From: an uncultured Gemmatimonadaceae bacterium
Lineage (GTDB): Bacteria; Gemmatimonadota; Gemmatimonadetes; Gemmatimonadales; GWC2-71-9
Direction of reading: 5' to 3'
Length of the DNA: 64,000 nt
Assembly (NCBI GenBank): GCA_964642475.1
Contig: CAZXRC010000001.1
Span: 3,560-67,559, forward strand
Shown here: positions 25,971 through 34,873 of the stretch, piece by piece
Numbering within the stretch: position 1 is the first letter of the stretch
Layout of the letters: the number at the start of each line of letters is the position of its first letter
Translations under genes and position numbers: made by a program
The notes under the pieces: model-generated
Told to the model about the DNA's origin: nothing
Seen by the model: only the letters and a program-made list of their open reading frames with translations
The model's database searches: none

Positions 25971-27515
25971 TTACGCCCGGATCCCCTGGACCATCGCCTG
26001 GTACGCCTCCGGATCGAACGCGACCTCGATGAACCCCGGGCCCGATTCGGGGTTCCACGACGCCAGGGCGCTCTCCAGGTCTGCCAGGGATTCGGCCCGG
26101 GTGCCCGGCAGTCGCAGTCCCTCGAGGGGCCTGAGCCAGCTCGGGTTCCGCATGAGCAGCGGCTCCTGGACCAGCCCCTTGGCGATCGCCCGGGTCCGCA
26201 CCGAGCCGTACCCCCCATCGGACAGGAGCAGCACCAGCAGGGGAAGGCGGTGCTCCACTGCGAGCTTGAGCTCGGCCACGAAGGTCCCGATGCCGCCGTC
26301 ACCCACCGCCACTACCGTCGGCACCGACCGATCGTGCAGCGCGGCCCCGATGCCGGTGGGCAGGCCGATCCCCATGTATCGCCCCTGGCCCGACCCCAGG
26401 CACCACTCGGCCTTCCGCGCCCGCCACGCGTGCTCACCGATAGTGCAGAAGTAGCCGGTATCGAGCACCAGGCGGGCCCGGCCGTTGAATCTGGCTTCCA
26501 CCGCCCGAAAGGCGTGGGCCGGCAGAAACGGTCGATCGAGCAGATGGGTGTCGAGACGGTGGAGGATCTCCCCCAGCTCCTCGAGCCCCCACGACACCTG
26601 CCCAAGCGACCCCAGGACGGTATCCAGCGCTTCCAGACCCGCGGTGGCCGCATGGGTATACCCCGGGGACAGGGCTTCCCCCATGGGATCGATCGAGACC
26701 GAGGGCGCGGAGAAGGGCGCGGCACTGAGCACTTCGCTGCTCCTGACACCGACGCACACGATGAGGTCCGCCTTCGCCAGCAGGGTCGCCTCCGGCACCA
26801 TCGCCAGACCGACACCGGTATAGACCCCGGCGGACTGCGGCAGGGTCTCGTCCAGGACGCCTTTGGCGGCGGCCGTGCTGAAGACCGGGATATGGAGCGC
26901 GGCCAGGCGCCCCGCGAGCCCCAGCCGTATCCCCAGCGTCCCCACGATCAGAATCGGCCGGCGGCTTTGTGACACCAGGCGCGTCACCTCGCCGGCCGGC
27001 GGAGTGGGCGGGGGAGGGATCGGGTCCGCCTGATCGATGGCGCCGTCGGCCACCTCCAACAGGACCGGCCCGGGAGCCTCCGCCGCCGACCAGTCGGCCA
27101 GTTCGCGGTATCCAGGTCCGTTGCGGCTGATGAAGCGTCGCCCTTTGGCGACGGCGCCCACCAGCAGCCCCTGGTCGATCCGCTTGTGTTGCTTGGCCGC
27201 GGGGGTTCCAGGCGGATATGCCTCGGCGATGGCGACCAGGGGCCAGGATTCGAAGTGACAGGCAGCGAGACCCGGAAGCATGTTGGCCAACCCGGGTCCC
27301 TTGATCGAGAGCGCCACACCCGGTACGCCGGTCAGGCGACCGAGGACTCCAGCCATGATGGCCGCTGCCGCTTCACAGTGCACCGGATAGAAGGGCATGC
27401 CGGCTCGAATTACGGCATCCGCGATAGTCAGCGTGGGACCGCTGCCCAGCACCCCGAAGCCCGCGGGAGTTCCCGCGCCAACGATGTCCCGCGACAGCAT
27501 TTCGAGCGCGCTCAC
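25971..27515 (-). CDS. Thiamine-pyrophosphate-dependent enzyme (acetolactate-synthase-like fold)
   Basis: 514 aa. N-terminal Pyr domain (HCEAAAAIMAGVLGRLTG.PGVALSIKGPGLANMLPGLA). C-terminal TPP motif VGDGGIGTFVAELKLAVEHRLPLLVLLLSDGGYG. Confidence 0.75.
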   Translation of the reverse strand: MSALEMLSRDIVGAGTPAGFGVLGSGPTLTIADAVIRAGMPFYPVHCEAAAAIMAGVLGRLTGVPGVALSIKGPGLANMLPGLAACHFESWPLVAIAEAYPPGTPAAKQHKRIDQGLLVGAVAKGRRFISRNGPGYRELADWSAAEAPGPVLLEVADGAIDQADPIPPPPTPPAGEVTRLVSQSRRPILIVGTLGIRLGLAGRLAALHIPVFSTAAAKGVLDETLPQSAGVYTGVGLAMVPEATLLAKADLIVCVGVRSSEVLSAAPFSAPSVSIDPMGEALSPGYTHAATAGLEALDTVLGSLGQVSWGLEELGEILHRLDTHLLDRPFLPAHAFRAVEARFNGRARLVLDTGYFCTIGEHAWRARKAEWCLGSGQGRYMGIGLPTGIGAALHDRSVPTVVAVGDGGIGTFVAELKLAVEHRLPLLVLLLSDGGYGSVRTRAIAKGLVQEPLLMRNPSWLRPLEGLRLPGTRAESLADLESALASWNPESGPGFIEVAFDPEAYQAMVQGIRA

Positions 27516-28456
27516 CGGGCCCGCTCCAGCTCGGCCAGCACCTTCTCGGCGGCCCGGCCGCAGACCACGCGGACGGCGTCGGGCGAGTACCCGCCACAGT
27601 GCGGGGTGATGAGGACGTTGTCCTGCGTCCGTGAGAGCGCGAGGAGCGGATTGCCCTCGATCTCCGGCTCCCCTTCCAGCACATCGACGCCCACTCCGCC
27701 GAGCCGCCCGGTCGACACCGCCTCCGCCAGGGCCCGCTCGTCCGCGACCGCGCCGCGCGAGGTGTTGACGAAGATCGCCCCCGGCTTCATCCGCGCGATC
27801 AGGTCTCGACTCACCAGGCCACGGGTCGTTTCGCTCAGATGCACGTGGACCGAGAGCACGTCGGCGCGCGAGGCCACCTCGTCAAGAGTGGCCGGCTCGA
27901 TCCCCTCCGGCCAGGGCGAGACCACCGGATCGAACCCTACCACCGTCATCCCGAAAGCCCGGGCGTACCGGGACATCCACTGCCCGATCCGGCCGCATCC
28001 GATGACTCCGAGGGTCCGCCCATTGAGCATCATCCCCGGGAAGTCTTCCCGGACCCACTGCCCGGCTCGGGTGTGAGCCACGGCCGGGACGAGCCTCCGG
28101 GCCAGGGCCATGACGAGCGCCCAGGTCAGCTCCGCGGCCGGGGTCAGATTGCGGAGCAGCTCCGGATCCTCCTTGAGCGTGCGGACCGGGATCCCCCGAA
28201 CCCCGGTCTCTCCCCGCTCGATGTGATCCGACCCGGTCGTGGCGGTCGAGATCACCCGCAGGTTCGGCGCGGCCCGGACCATCGCATCGGTGATCCGCAC
28301 CTTCATCGAGGCGTCGATGAGCGCGTACGACCCGCTCAGGGCTTCCGCCACCCGAGCGGGCTCGGCCGGCACATGGGACAGCTGGCAGCGGTCACCGATG
28401 ACCTCCTGGGCCGCCTCCGCACCTTCGGCGGGCCCGACGTACACCACACGCTTCAT
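27512..28456 (-). CDS. D-isomer-specific 2-hydroxyacid dehydrogenase (NAD-binding)
   Basis: 314 aa. Strings: LGVIGCGRIGQWMSRYARAFGMTVVGFDP, FVNTSRGAVADE, ITPHCGGYS. Its stop overlaps the start of the downstream TPP-enzyme gene (4-nt overlap at 27512-27515). Confidence 0.8.
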   Translation of the reverse strand: MKRVVYVGPAEGAEAAQEVIGDRCQLSHVPAEPARVAEALSGSYALIDASMKVRITDAMVRAAPNLRVISTATTGSDHIERGETGVRGIPVRTLKEDPELLRNLTPAAELTWALVMALARRLVPAVAHTRAGQWVREDFPGMMLNGRTLGVIGCGRIGQWMSRYARAFGMTVVGFDPVVSPWPEGIEPATLDEVASRADVLSVHVHLSETTRGLVSRDLIARMKPGAIFVNTSRGAVADERALAEAVSTGRLGGVGVDVLEGEPEIEGNPLLALSRTQDNVLITPHCGGYSPDAVRVVCGRAAEKVLAELERAR

Positions 28457-28501
28457 GGACTCTCCAGTTCACCTGCGTTTAGCCGGCGGGCCGCGGACGG
28501 C

Positions 28502-29224
28502 TCAATAGGACTTCTTCAGCGGCCGAATGCTGAGATCGGTGACTTCGGCGGTGGCCGGAAGCCTGAGGCAGGTCAGGACCACCTCGGCCACGTCCTGCGG
28601 CTGTAACAGCACCTCGGGCTGGTAGGTCTTTCCGTCCTCGGCGTACAACCCCTCCTGCATGGGGGTTGCGGTACGGCCTGGATAGACGCTCAGCACCCGG
28701 ATCCCCTCGGGATTGACCTCCGCCCGCAGCGCGTCCGTGAGGGCCCGCAGCGCGTGCTTGCTCGCGGCATACTGCCCGACCGTAGCCTGGGAGGATAGCC
28801 CTGCGCTGGAGTTGATGACGACGATCTGACCGGGAGGGTGGCGCAACCGTGGAAGACAGACCTGCACCAGGCGGTAGTTCGCGCGTACGTTGACGCGGTA
28901 CAGCTCATCGAGGTCGGCCGCCGGCGTGGTGGCCACGGCGCCACGGGCAATCGCGCCGGCGCTCAGCACCAGCATGTCCAGCGTGGGGTGGTTGGCCTCG
29001 AGGTGCGCCTGGAGCGCGTCGAGCTCGTGCTCCACGCCCAGATCGACGGCCTTGATGGAGTGGCCCGCGCCGGCCAGCGCCCCCTGTACCGCCGCCAGTT
29101 TCTCCGGACGGCGTCCGACCAGACACACCCTGGCACCGCTGAGCGCGAGCCCCTCCGCGATGGCTCGTCCGATGCCGCTCCCCGCACCGGTGACGAGAGC
29201 GACACGGCCTGCCAGCGACTGCAT
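28502..29224 (-). CDS. Short-chain dehydrogenase/reductase (classical SDR)
   Basis: 240 aa. Strings: VALVTGAGSGIGRA, NSSAG, YAASKHAL (YxxxK). Confidence 0.8.
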   Translation of the reverse strand: MQSLAGRVALVTGAGSGIGRAIAEGLALSGARVCLVGRRPEKLAAVQGALAGAGHSIKAVDLGVEHELDALQAHLEANHPTLDMLVLSAGAIARGAVATTPAADLDELYRVNVRANYRLVQVCLPRLRHPPGQIVVINSSAGLSSQATVGQYAASKHALRALTDALRAEVNPEGIRVLSVYPGRTATPMQEGLYAEDGKTYQPEVLLQPQDVAEVVLTCLRLPATAEVTDLSIRPLKKSY

Positions 29225-29347
29225 GGCACCTCATCGGTTCAAGGTCTCGTGCCGGACTCGTGACGCGCCGGTGAGTCCACCGCGCATCTCGCGAAGGGTC
29301 AGGCCCACGACCCACGAGCCTGGCCCGCAATTCCGCGGCAGGGGGCT

Positions 29348-29363
29348 CGCAAGTGGCGTGCCG
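29348..29363 (-). promoter_or_regulatory. Candidate sigma-54 (-24/-12) promoter of the SDR...neuA operon
   Basis: Minus strand reads CGGCACgccacTTGCG (9 of 11 consensus positions, spacing exact), about 125 nt upstream of ATG 29224, in the 200-bp spacer. An inverted repeat GACTCC-N5-GGAGTC (29381-29397) lies just upstream. Confidence 0.4.
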
Positions 29364-29424
29364 GAGAGCCGGGGGACACCGACTCCGACCAGGAGTCAGC
29401 GGAGCACTCCGGCCGTCCGGTTCT

Positions 29425-30528
29425 TCACGGCCGTTCGGAAGCGCGACGCAGATCCAGCTCGAAGAAGAACCGGGTGCCGGTCTCCTGCTGAACCGGTTCG
29501 ACCTTGAGGTTGGATCGCATGGCCTCGACCAGCTTGCGGCAGATCGAGAGGCCCAGCCCGGCGCCGGAGAAGGCGTACTCGCCCTGCTTCTGGCGTCGGC
29601 GGAACGGCTCGAACAGAGTCAGGATGGCCTGGGGCGGGATGCCCCGCCCGGTATCGCGCACCGAGAAAACCACCTTGTCCCCCTCCCCTTCATCGGCCCG
29701 CAGCTCCACGTATCCCTCCGAGGTGAACTTGAGGGCGTTGGTGGTGAGGTTGAGGAGGACGCGGGAGAGTGCCACCGGGAAACCGACCCGCAGGTCGCTC
29801 TGGGGCATGTGCATCCGGACGGTGAGTCCCTTCTCTTCCGCGATCGGCTGCACGATGTCCCGTACCGATTCGAAGATGTCGGCGATGGAGAACGGCAGCG
29901 GATCGAGATCGACCAGCCGATCCCCACCCCGAGCCAGCTCGATGACATCGCTGGCCATGGACGACAGGCCGAACGCCGCCGAGTAGATCAGGCCGAGCTG
30001 GCGCTCCTGCACCGGGGTGATGGGCCCGCTGCGGCCGCGCTGCAGGGTCTCCGCCAGGAACAGGATCGAGGTCAGCGGAGAGCGGAGATCGTGGGCCACC
30101 TCCACCACCAGTTCCATCCCGTCGGGGCCCGAGAGCCGATTGGCGAAGTGCTGGGCCCAGTCCGGTTCGATCGCCTGGGAAATCGACTCGATGGCTCTCA
30201 GCACCCCCAGGAGCTGGGCGGGCGGGGGCGGCGGATCGAGGCGCGCGGCGCCGGCCAGGAAACCGCGCCGGATCAGCTCCAGGAGCCGCCGGCTCAGGAC
30301 GGTGCGGGGAACCTCCTCCGCGGCCGACTCTCCCCGCCCGGCCCGCTCGATGGCGCCCACCAGCAGCCGGAGCTGCCCCCGAACTTCCTCCTCGGACGGA
30401 CTGTCCTCGGCCACCTGGAGCCAACCGGCCGCGACCTCGTCGGCGACCCGCTCGATGATCTTCCAGAGTCCGGCCGGCTGGTCCGCCGGCCCCGCGGGGT
30501 GGCCGGCGGCAAGGCTCAGTTCACTCAC
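29425..30528 (-). CDS. Sensor histidine kinase, soluble (no predicted TM segments)
   Basis: 367 aa. H-box VVEVAHDLRSPLTSI. N/G boxes LLNLTTNALKFT, RDTGRGIP, GAGLGLSI. GTG start overlaps the response-regulator stop (GTGA 30525-30528). Confidence 0.8.
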   Translation of the reverse strand: MSELSLAAGHPAGPADQPAGLWKIIERVADEVAAGWLQVAEDSPSEEEVRGQLRLLVGAIERAGRGESAAEEVPRTVLSRRLLELIRRGFLAGAARLDPPPPPAQLLGVLRAIESISQAIEPDWAQHFANRLSGPDGMELVVEVAHDLRSPLTSILFLAETLQRGRSGPITPVQERQLGLIYSAAFGLSSMASDVIELARGGDRLVDLDPLPFSIADIFESVRDIVQPIAEEKGLTVRMHMPQSDLRVGFPVALSRVLLNLTTNALKFTSEGYVELRADEGEGDKVVFSVRDTGRGIPPQAILTLFEPFRRRQKQGEYAFSGAGLGLSICRKLVEAMRSNLKVEPVQQETGTRFFFELDLRRASERP

Positions 30529-32048
30529 TCCCGCTGCCCCGTGTTCTCTTCGCGCTGGAAGCTGTGCTTGTCCATCAGGCGGTAGAGCGTGGTCCGGTCG
30601 ATGTTCGCCAGCCGGGCGGCCTTGGACATGTTGCCACCGGACCGTCCCACCAGTCGCGCGAGATACTCCTTCTCGAACTGGGCGACGACACGATCCTTGG
30701 CGATGTGAAACGCTTCGTCGAGTACGGGCGTGGTCAGCGCGACCTCCGCCGGGGCCTCGGACCCGTCCTCGTAGATCGGAATGTAGTTCGGCTGGATGAC
30801 CTGGTCCGGTTCCGCCAGGACCGCGACGTGCTCGATCACGTTCTGCAGCTCCCGGACGTTCCCCCGCCAGGGCCGCGAGCGGAGGAAGGCGATGGCCGCG
30901 TCGGACAGGCGCGGCACCCGGTCGCCCATCTGCCGGTGACGCTGCCAGTAGTGGGTCAGGAAGTGATTGGCGAGGAGAGGGATGTCCTCCGGCCGCTTAC
31001 GCAGTGGCGGCAGCTTGATGGGGACCACCCGCAGGCGGTAGAACAGGTCCCCCCGCAGAATCCCCTGATTCACCGCCTCCTGGGGGTCTCGGTTGGTCGC
31101 GGCGATGTAACGCACATCGACGACCGCGTCCTGGCTCTCGCTGCCCACCCGGCGGACCACCCCATCCTGCAGCACCCGGAGCAGCTTGGCCTGCAGCGGC
31201 ATGGTCATTTCGGTGAGCTCGTCCAGGAAGAACGTGCCCCCGTTGGCGGTCTCGATCAGACCGGGTTTGTCGCGGTCGGCGCCGGTAAAGGCCCCCTTGC
31301 GGTGGCCGAACAGCTCCGATTCGAGTAGCTGTTCCGGCAGCGCGGCGCAGTTGATGGCCACCAGGGCCCGAGTGGCCCGGCGGCTGTGCTGATGGATGAA
31401 CTGGGCGATCACTTCCTTGCCGGTACCGCTCTCCCCGGAGATAAAGACCGAGGCGTCGGTGGCAGCCACCTTCCGGGCCAGGTCCACCGCCTTGCGAAAG
31501 GTCGGCGAGATGCCGATCAGCGAGATCTTCTCGCTGTGCCCTCCCTGCTTGGCGAGCTGGAGCTTGAGGTCCCGGGTCTCCCGGGCCACCATCACGGCGT
31601 GCGAGGCCCGTCCGATCAGGACCTGGAGGTGGGTGGCCGAGAACGGTTTGGGGAGGTAGTCCCAGGCGCCGTGGCGCAGCGCTTCGATACTGCTCGCCAC
31701 GCTGGGGTTGCCGGTCATGACGACGACGATCGTTTCCTTCTGGGTCTCGAGTGCCGCCCGCAGGATCTCGATTCCCGAGATCTGGGACATGTAGAGGTCG
31801 ACCAGGACGATATCGAACTTGCGGCGACGGACGGTCTCCAGCGCCTCCTCGCCGCGGCCGATGGTCGTGACGCTGTACCCATCGGATTGCAGCACCGTGG
31901 CGCAGCTCTCCCGCAGGGTGCGCTCGTCGTCGATGATCGCAATGCGGATGCTCGCCTTGATGTCATCCGGGATCGAGAGGGGATCGCGCTCGTTGACCGG
32001 CGGCTGTCCCCGGTTCGACGCCCCGCCCTCACTCGCCATGGCACCCAT
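30525..32048 (-). CDS. Sigma-54-dependent response regulator (NtrC family: REC + AAA+ + Fis-type HTH)
   Basis: ORF 30525..32108. REC: IAIIDDE...DIVLVDLYM. AAA+: GESGTGKEVIAQFIH and the GAFTGA sigma-54 contact motif. C-terminal HTH: NMSKAARLANIDRTTLYRLM. I favour ATG 32048 (AGGGG-like SD upstream); GTG 32108 is also possible. Confidence 0.85.
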   Translation of the reverse strand: MGAMASEGGASNRGQPPVNERDPLSIPDDIKASIRIAIIDDERTLRESCATVLQSDGYSVTTIGRGEEALETVRRRKFDIVLVDLYMSQISGIEILRAALETQKETIVVVMTGNPSVASSIEALRHGAWDYLPKPFSATHLQVLIGRASHAVMVARETRDLKLQLAKQGGHSEKISLIGISPTFRKAVDLARKVAATDASVFISGESGTGKEVIAQFIHQHSRRATRALVAINCAALPEQLLESELFGHRKGAFTGADRDKPGLIETANGGTFFLDELTEMTMPLQAKLLRVLQDGVVRRVGSESQDAVVDVRYIAATNRDPQEAVNQGILRGDLFYRLRVVPIKLPPLRKRPEDIPLLANHFLTHYWQRHRQMGDRVPRLSDAAIAFLRSRPWRGNVRELQNVIEHVAVLAEPDQVIQPNYIPIYEDGSEAPAEVALTTPVLDEAFHIAKDRVVAQFEKEYLARLVGRSGGNMSKAARLANIDRTTLYRLMDKHSFQREENTGQRE

Positions 32049-32295
32049 GAAAACCACCCCTGCCTTTTCGGCTTCTATTCGGTATCGCGGCAGTGCTGTC
32101 TGGGTCACCGGTTGGCAAGAATCGTATCATCCTCACCACAGCACGTAGGCCGGTCTCGACACCATGATGTAAGATGGCTACAGTTGGCCATATACGGAAG
32201 CCACACCAGCTTGGGCCCTGCCCGCCGGCCTCGGCATTCCGCGGGAGAAGCCACCCGCCGTGGCACTGCAACTCGCGGCAACACAGGACCTTGCC

Positions 32296-32311
32296 TGGCA
32301 CTCTGCGGGCG
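32296..32311 (+). promoter_or_regulatory. Candidate sigma-54 promoter (distal) upstream of the BY-kinase gene
   Basis: TGGCACtctgcGGGCG: perfect -24 hexamer, GC of the -12 element correctly spaced but TT missing (8 of 11). Confidence 0.3.
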
Positions 32312-32331
32312 GACCCACGGGGAGGGGAGCC

Positions 32332-32347
32332 GGGTACTATCCTTGCT
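32332..32347 (+). promoter_or_regulatory. Candidate sigma-54 promoter (proximal) upstream of the BY-kinase gene
   Basis: GGGTACtatccTTGCT: perfect -12 TTGCT, GG/GC spacing exact (9 of 11), about 105 nt upstream of ATG 32453, divergent from the NtrC-type regulator gene. Confidence 0.4.
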
Positions 32348-32452
32348 CTTTGTCGGCGCTGAGACTCCTACCGTCCGCGTCTCATCCCAGGCCTCAATGG
32401 ACCGACTCTGGGCCGCGGCAACCAGGTGCCCTGCACCGAGCGATAGCGAATA

Positions 32453-34867
32453 ATGTCCAGTAACCTGCTGCCCCCGGTTCAACCCAGCCCAACCGCCCCG
32501 TTCCCGCTCAGCACCCCGATGGCCGCCGAACTCGGTGCGGCCCGGATGGGGCCAGCGGACGACGGTGAGGGCGATGGCGTGCCGTGGCATCGCCTGATCG
32601 GGGCGGTGAAGCGGTACAAATGGCTCATCCTCGCGATCATCCTCGCCGGGACCGCCGCGGGGGTGTTCGCCTCCCGGCTGCTGCCGGGGGAGTACTCCGC
32701 GCAGGCGACGATCTGGGTGGCAAGTGCGCCGACGCAGGGCGGGCTGGTCCGGGGGCAGGAGGTGCTCGGAACGCAGGGGTGGGCTGAACTCGCCAAGTCG
32801 TTCACCGTGCTCGACGCCGTGGTCCAGGATCAGCGGCTGTACCTCAAGAAGACCAAGGCCCAGGGCACCCTCCCCCCGCTCGAAGGCCTGGCGATCAGCG
32901 AGCTGCTGCGACCGGGGGACTATGTCCTGGCCCGCTCGGCTGACGGCACCCGCTACACCCTGAAGACCTCCCGGGACTCGCTTATCGAGAGCGGGCTGGT
33001 GGCGGATTCGATCGGCCGAACGATCGGGCTCCGCTGGCATCCCGGCCCGAACGGGGTCCCGGCCCAGTCGGTCGAGTTTACCCTGAGCTCACCGCGCCAG
33101 GCCGCCGCGCGGATGCTGACCAACCTCGCGGTGGAACTTCCGCGTGACGGCAATTTCATGCGCCTCACGCTGCTCGACGAAAACCCCGACCGGGTGTACC
33201 GCTCCCTCAACTCCATCCTCGATCACTTCGTGGTTGCGGCGGGCGACCTCAAGGCCTTCAAACTGCGCGAGACCTCGCGCATCCTGGAGGAGCAGCTGGC
33301 GTCGGTGGGCGCCGAGTTGCGCAACGCCGAGTCCCGGCTGGAGAACTACAAGACTTCCATCATCACGCTCCCCTCCGAGGCCACCCCCGTCGCGCCGGGC
33401 CTGCAGATGACCCAGAGCACCGCGATCGGGCAGTACTTCAACGAGAAGATCGACCTGGAGCGGCTCCAGCGCGAGCGGGCGACCCTCGAAAGCGTCCTGA
33501 ACTCGGCCCAGCGGGGCACGCTCAATACCGTGTCGCTCCTCGCGATCGAGGCGGTGCGCCAGTCTCCCGAGTTGATGCGGAGCATGACCGACCTGAACAC
33601 GGCGGAGACCGACCTCCGGGCCCTGCAGACCCACTACACCGACCAGGCCAAGCCGGTCGAAGTGGCCCAGGCCCGGGTGGCCGCCCTGCGCGACACCGTG
33701 ATTCCCGGGCAGCTCGGCCAGACGCTGGCCTCGGTGGATTCCCGGATCCGGGAGCTGCAGGCCCACCTGGCAACGGCTTCGCGGGAGCTCCAGTCGATCC
33801 CGACCCGGGTCATCACGGAGCAGCGTCTGGACCGCGAGCGTCTGAGCGTGGCCGCGATCTACACCGACCTGCAGGCCCGCTACCAGGCCGCCCGTCTGGC
33901 CGAAGCCACCGCGATCCCCGATGTCCGGATCCTCGACCGCGCCGTCCGGCCCAACGCCCCCACGCGCAACAATGCCCCCCGGCTGATCGCGCTGGTCTTC
34001 TTCGCCAGCACGGCGGCCGCCTTCGGCCTGGCGGTACTGCTCGACATGCTGGACCGCCGAGTCCAGTACCCCGAACAGGTGAGCCAGGCGCTGGGCCTGT
34101 CCATCCTCGGTGCGGTGCCGGCGATTCGGCGGGCGAAGCGCGGCGAGCTGCCCGCCGAACAGGCCGCGCAGTTCATCGAGGCCTTCCGCACGATTCGGGT
34201 GAACCTGGCCCATTCCCTGGCGTCCGCCGGGTCGCTCAAGCTCACCATCTCGAGCCCCAATGCCGGCGACGGCAAGTCGCTGGTGTCGGCCAATCTCGCG
34301 GTCAGCTTCGCGTCCGCCGGCTACCAGACCGTCCTGATCGATGGCGACTCCCGCCGCGGCGAATTGCACCGGATGTTCGGCACCGACCGCAAGCCGGGGC
34401 TGCTGGACTATCTGCAGGGCGAAGCCACCCTGGCGGAGATCGTACGGCCCACCAGCCAGCCCGGTCTCTGGATCATCCCCTGCGGCACCCGTCGCCAGCA
34501 TGGACCGGAGCTGTTGGGATCGGGCGCCATGCAGCGGCTCCTGGCAGAGCTGGAAACCCATTACAACGCGGTGCTGGTCGACAGCCCGCCGCTCGGCGCC
34601 GGGGTCGACCCCTACGTGCTCAGTGCGGCGTTGGGGAACCTGATGCTGGTGATCCGTACCGGCGAAACCGACCGGCACATGGCGGAGGCCAAGCTCAGTC
34701 TGGTCGATCGACTCCCCATCAGGGTGGTCGGGGCGGTCTTGAACGACGTGCGGGTGGGTGGGGCGTACCGCTATTACAGCTATCTCTATGGGTACATGGC
34801 CTCCGAGGAGCCCGAGCCGGCAGGGCTGCCGACAGGCGGAGAGGCGGGAGCCCCGGCGGGGCCCTGA
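32453..34867 (+). CDS. Polysaccharide co-polymerase / tyrosine autokinase (Wzc/GumC-type BY-kinase)
   Basis: 804 aa. Wzz-like N-terminal domain with TM (WLILAIILAGTAAGVF) and a long coiled-coil periplasmic region, then a second TM. Kinase Walker A SSPNAGDGKSLVSANLA, LIDGDSRRG, VLVDSPPL. C-terminal Tyr cluster YRYYSYLYGY. Confidence 0.85.
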   Translation: MSSNLLPPVQPSPTAPFPLSTPMAAELGAARMGPADDGEGDGVPWHRLIGAVKRYKWLILAIILAGTAAGVFASRLLPGEYSAQATIWVASAPTQGGLVRGQEVLGTQGWAELAKSFTVLDAVVQDQRLYLKKTKAQGTLPPLEGLAISELLRPGDYVLARSADGTRYTLKTSRDSLIESGLVADSIGRTIGLRWHPGPNGVPAQSVEFTLSSPRQAAARMLTNLAVELPRDGNFMRLTLLDENPDRVYRSLNSILDHFVVAAGDLKAFKLRETSRILEEQLASVGAELRNAESRLENYKTSIITLPSEATPVAPGLQMTQSTAIGQYFNEKIDLERLQRERATLESVLNSAQRGTLNTVSLLAIEAVRQSPELMRSMTDLNTAETDLRALQTHYTDQAKPVEVAQARVAALRDTVIPGQLGQTLASVDSRIRELQAHLATASRELQSIPTRVITEQRLDRERLSVAAIYTDLQARYQAARLAEATAIPDVRILDRAVRPNAPTRNNAPRLIALVFFASTAAAFGLAVLLDMLDRRVQYPEQVSQALGLSILGAVPAIRRAKRGELPAEQAAQFIEAFRTIRVNLAHSLASAGSLKLTISSPNAGDGKSLVSANLAVSFASAGYQTVLIDGDSRRGELHRMFGTDRKPGLLDYLQGEATLAEIVRPTSQPGLWIIPCGTRRQHGPELLGSGAMQRLLAELETHYNAVLVDSPPLGAGVDPYVLSAALGNLMLVIRTGETDRHMAEAKLSLVDRLPIRVVGAVLNDVRVGGAYRYYSYLYGYMASEEPEPAGLPTGGEAGAPAGP

Positions 34868-34873
34868 CGCTCC

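Noticed and set aside
32261-32276. A third TGGCAC element (TGGCACtgcaaCTCGC) upstream of the BY-kinase gene, as a sigma-54 promoter.
   Set aside because: The GC dinucleotide of the -12 region is one nucleotide out of register and there is no TTGC. It is noted only as part of the cluster of TGGCAC hexamers in this spacer.
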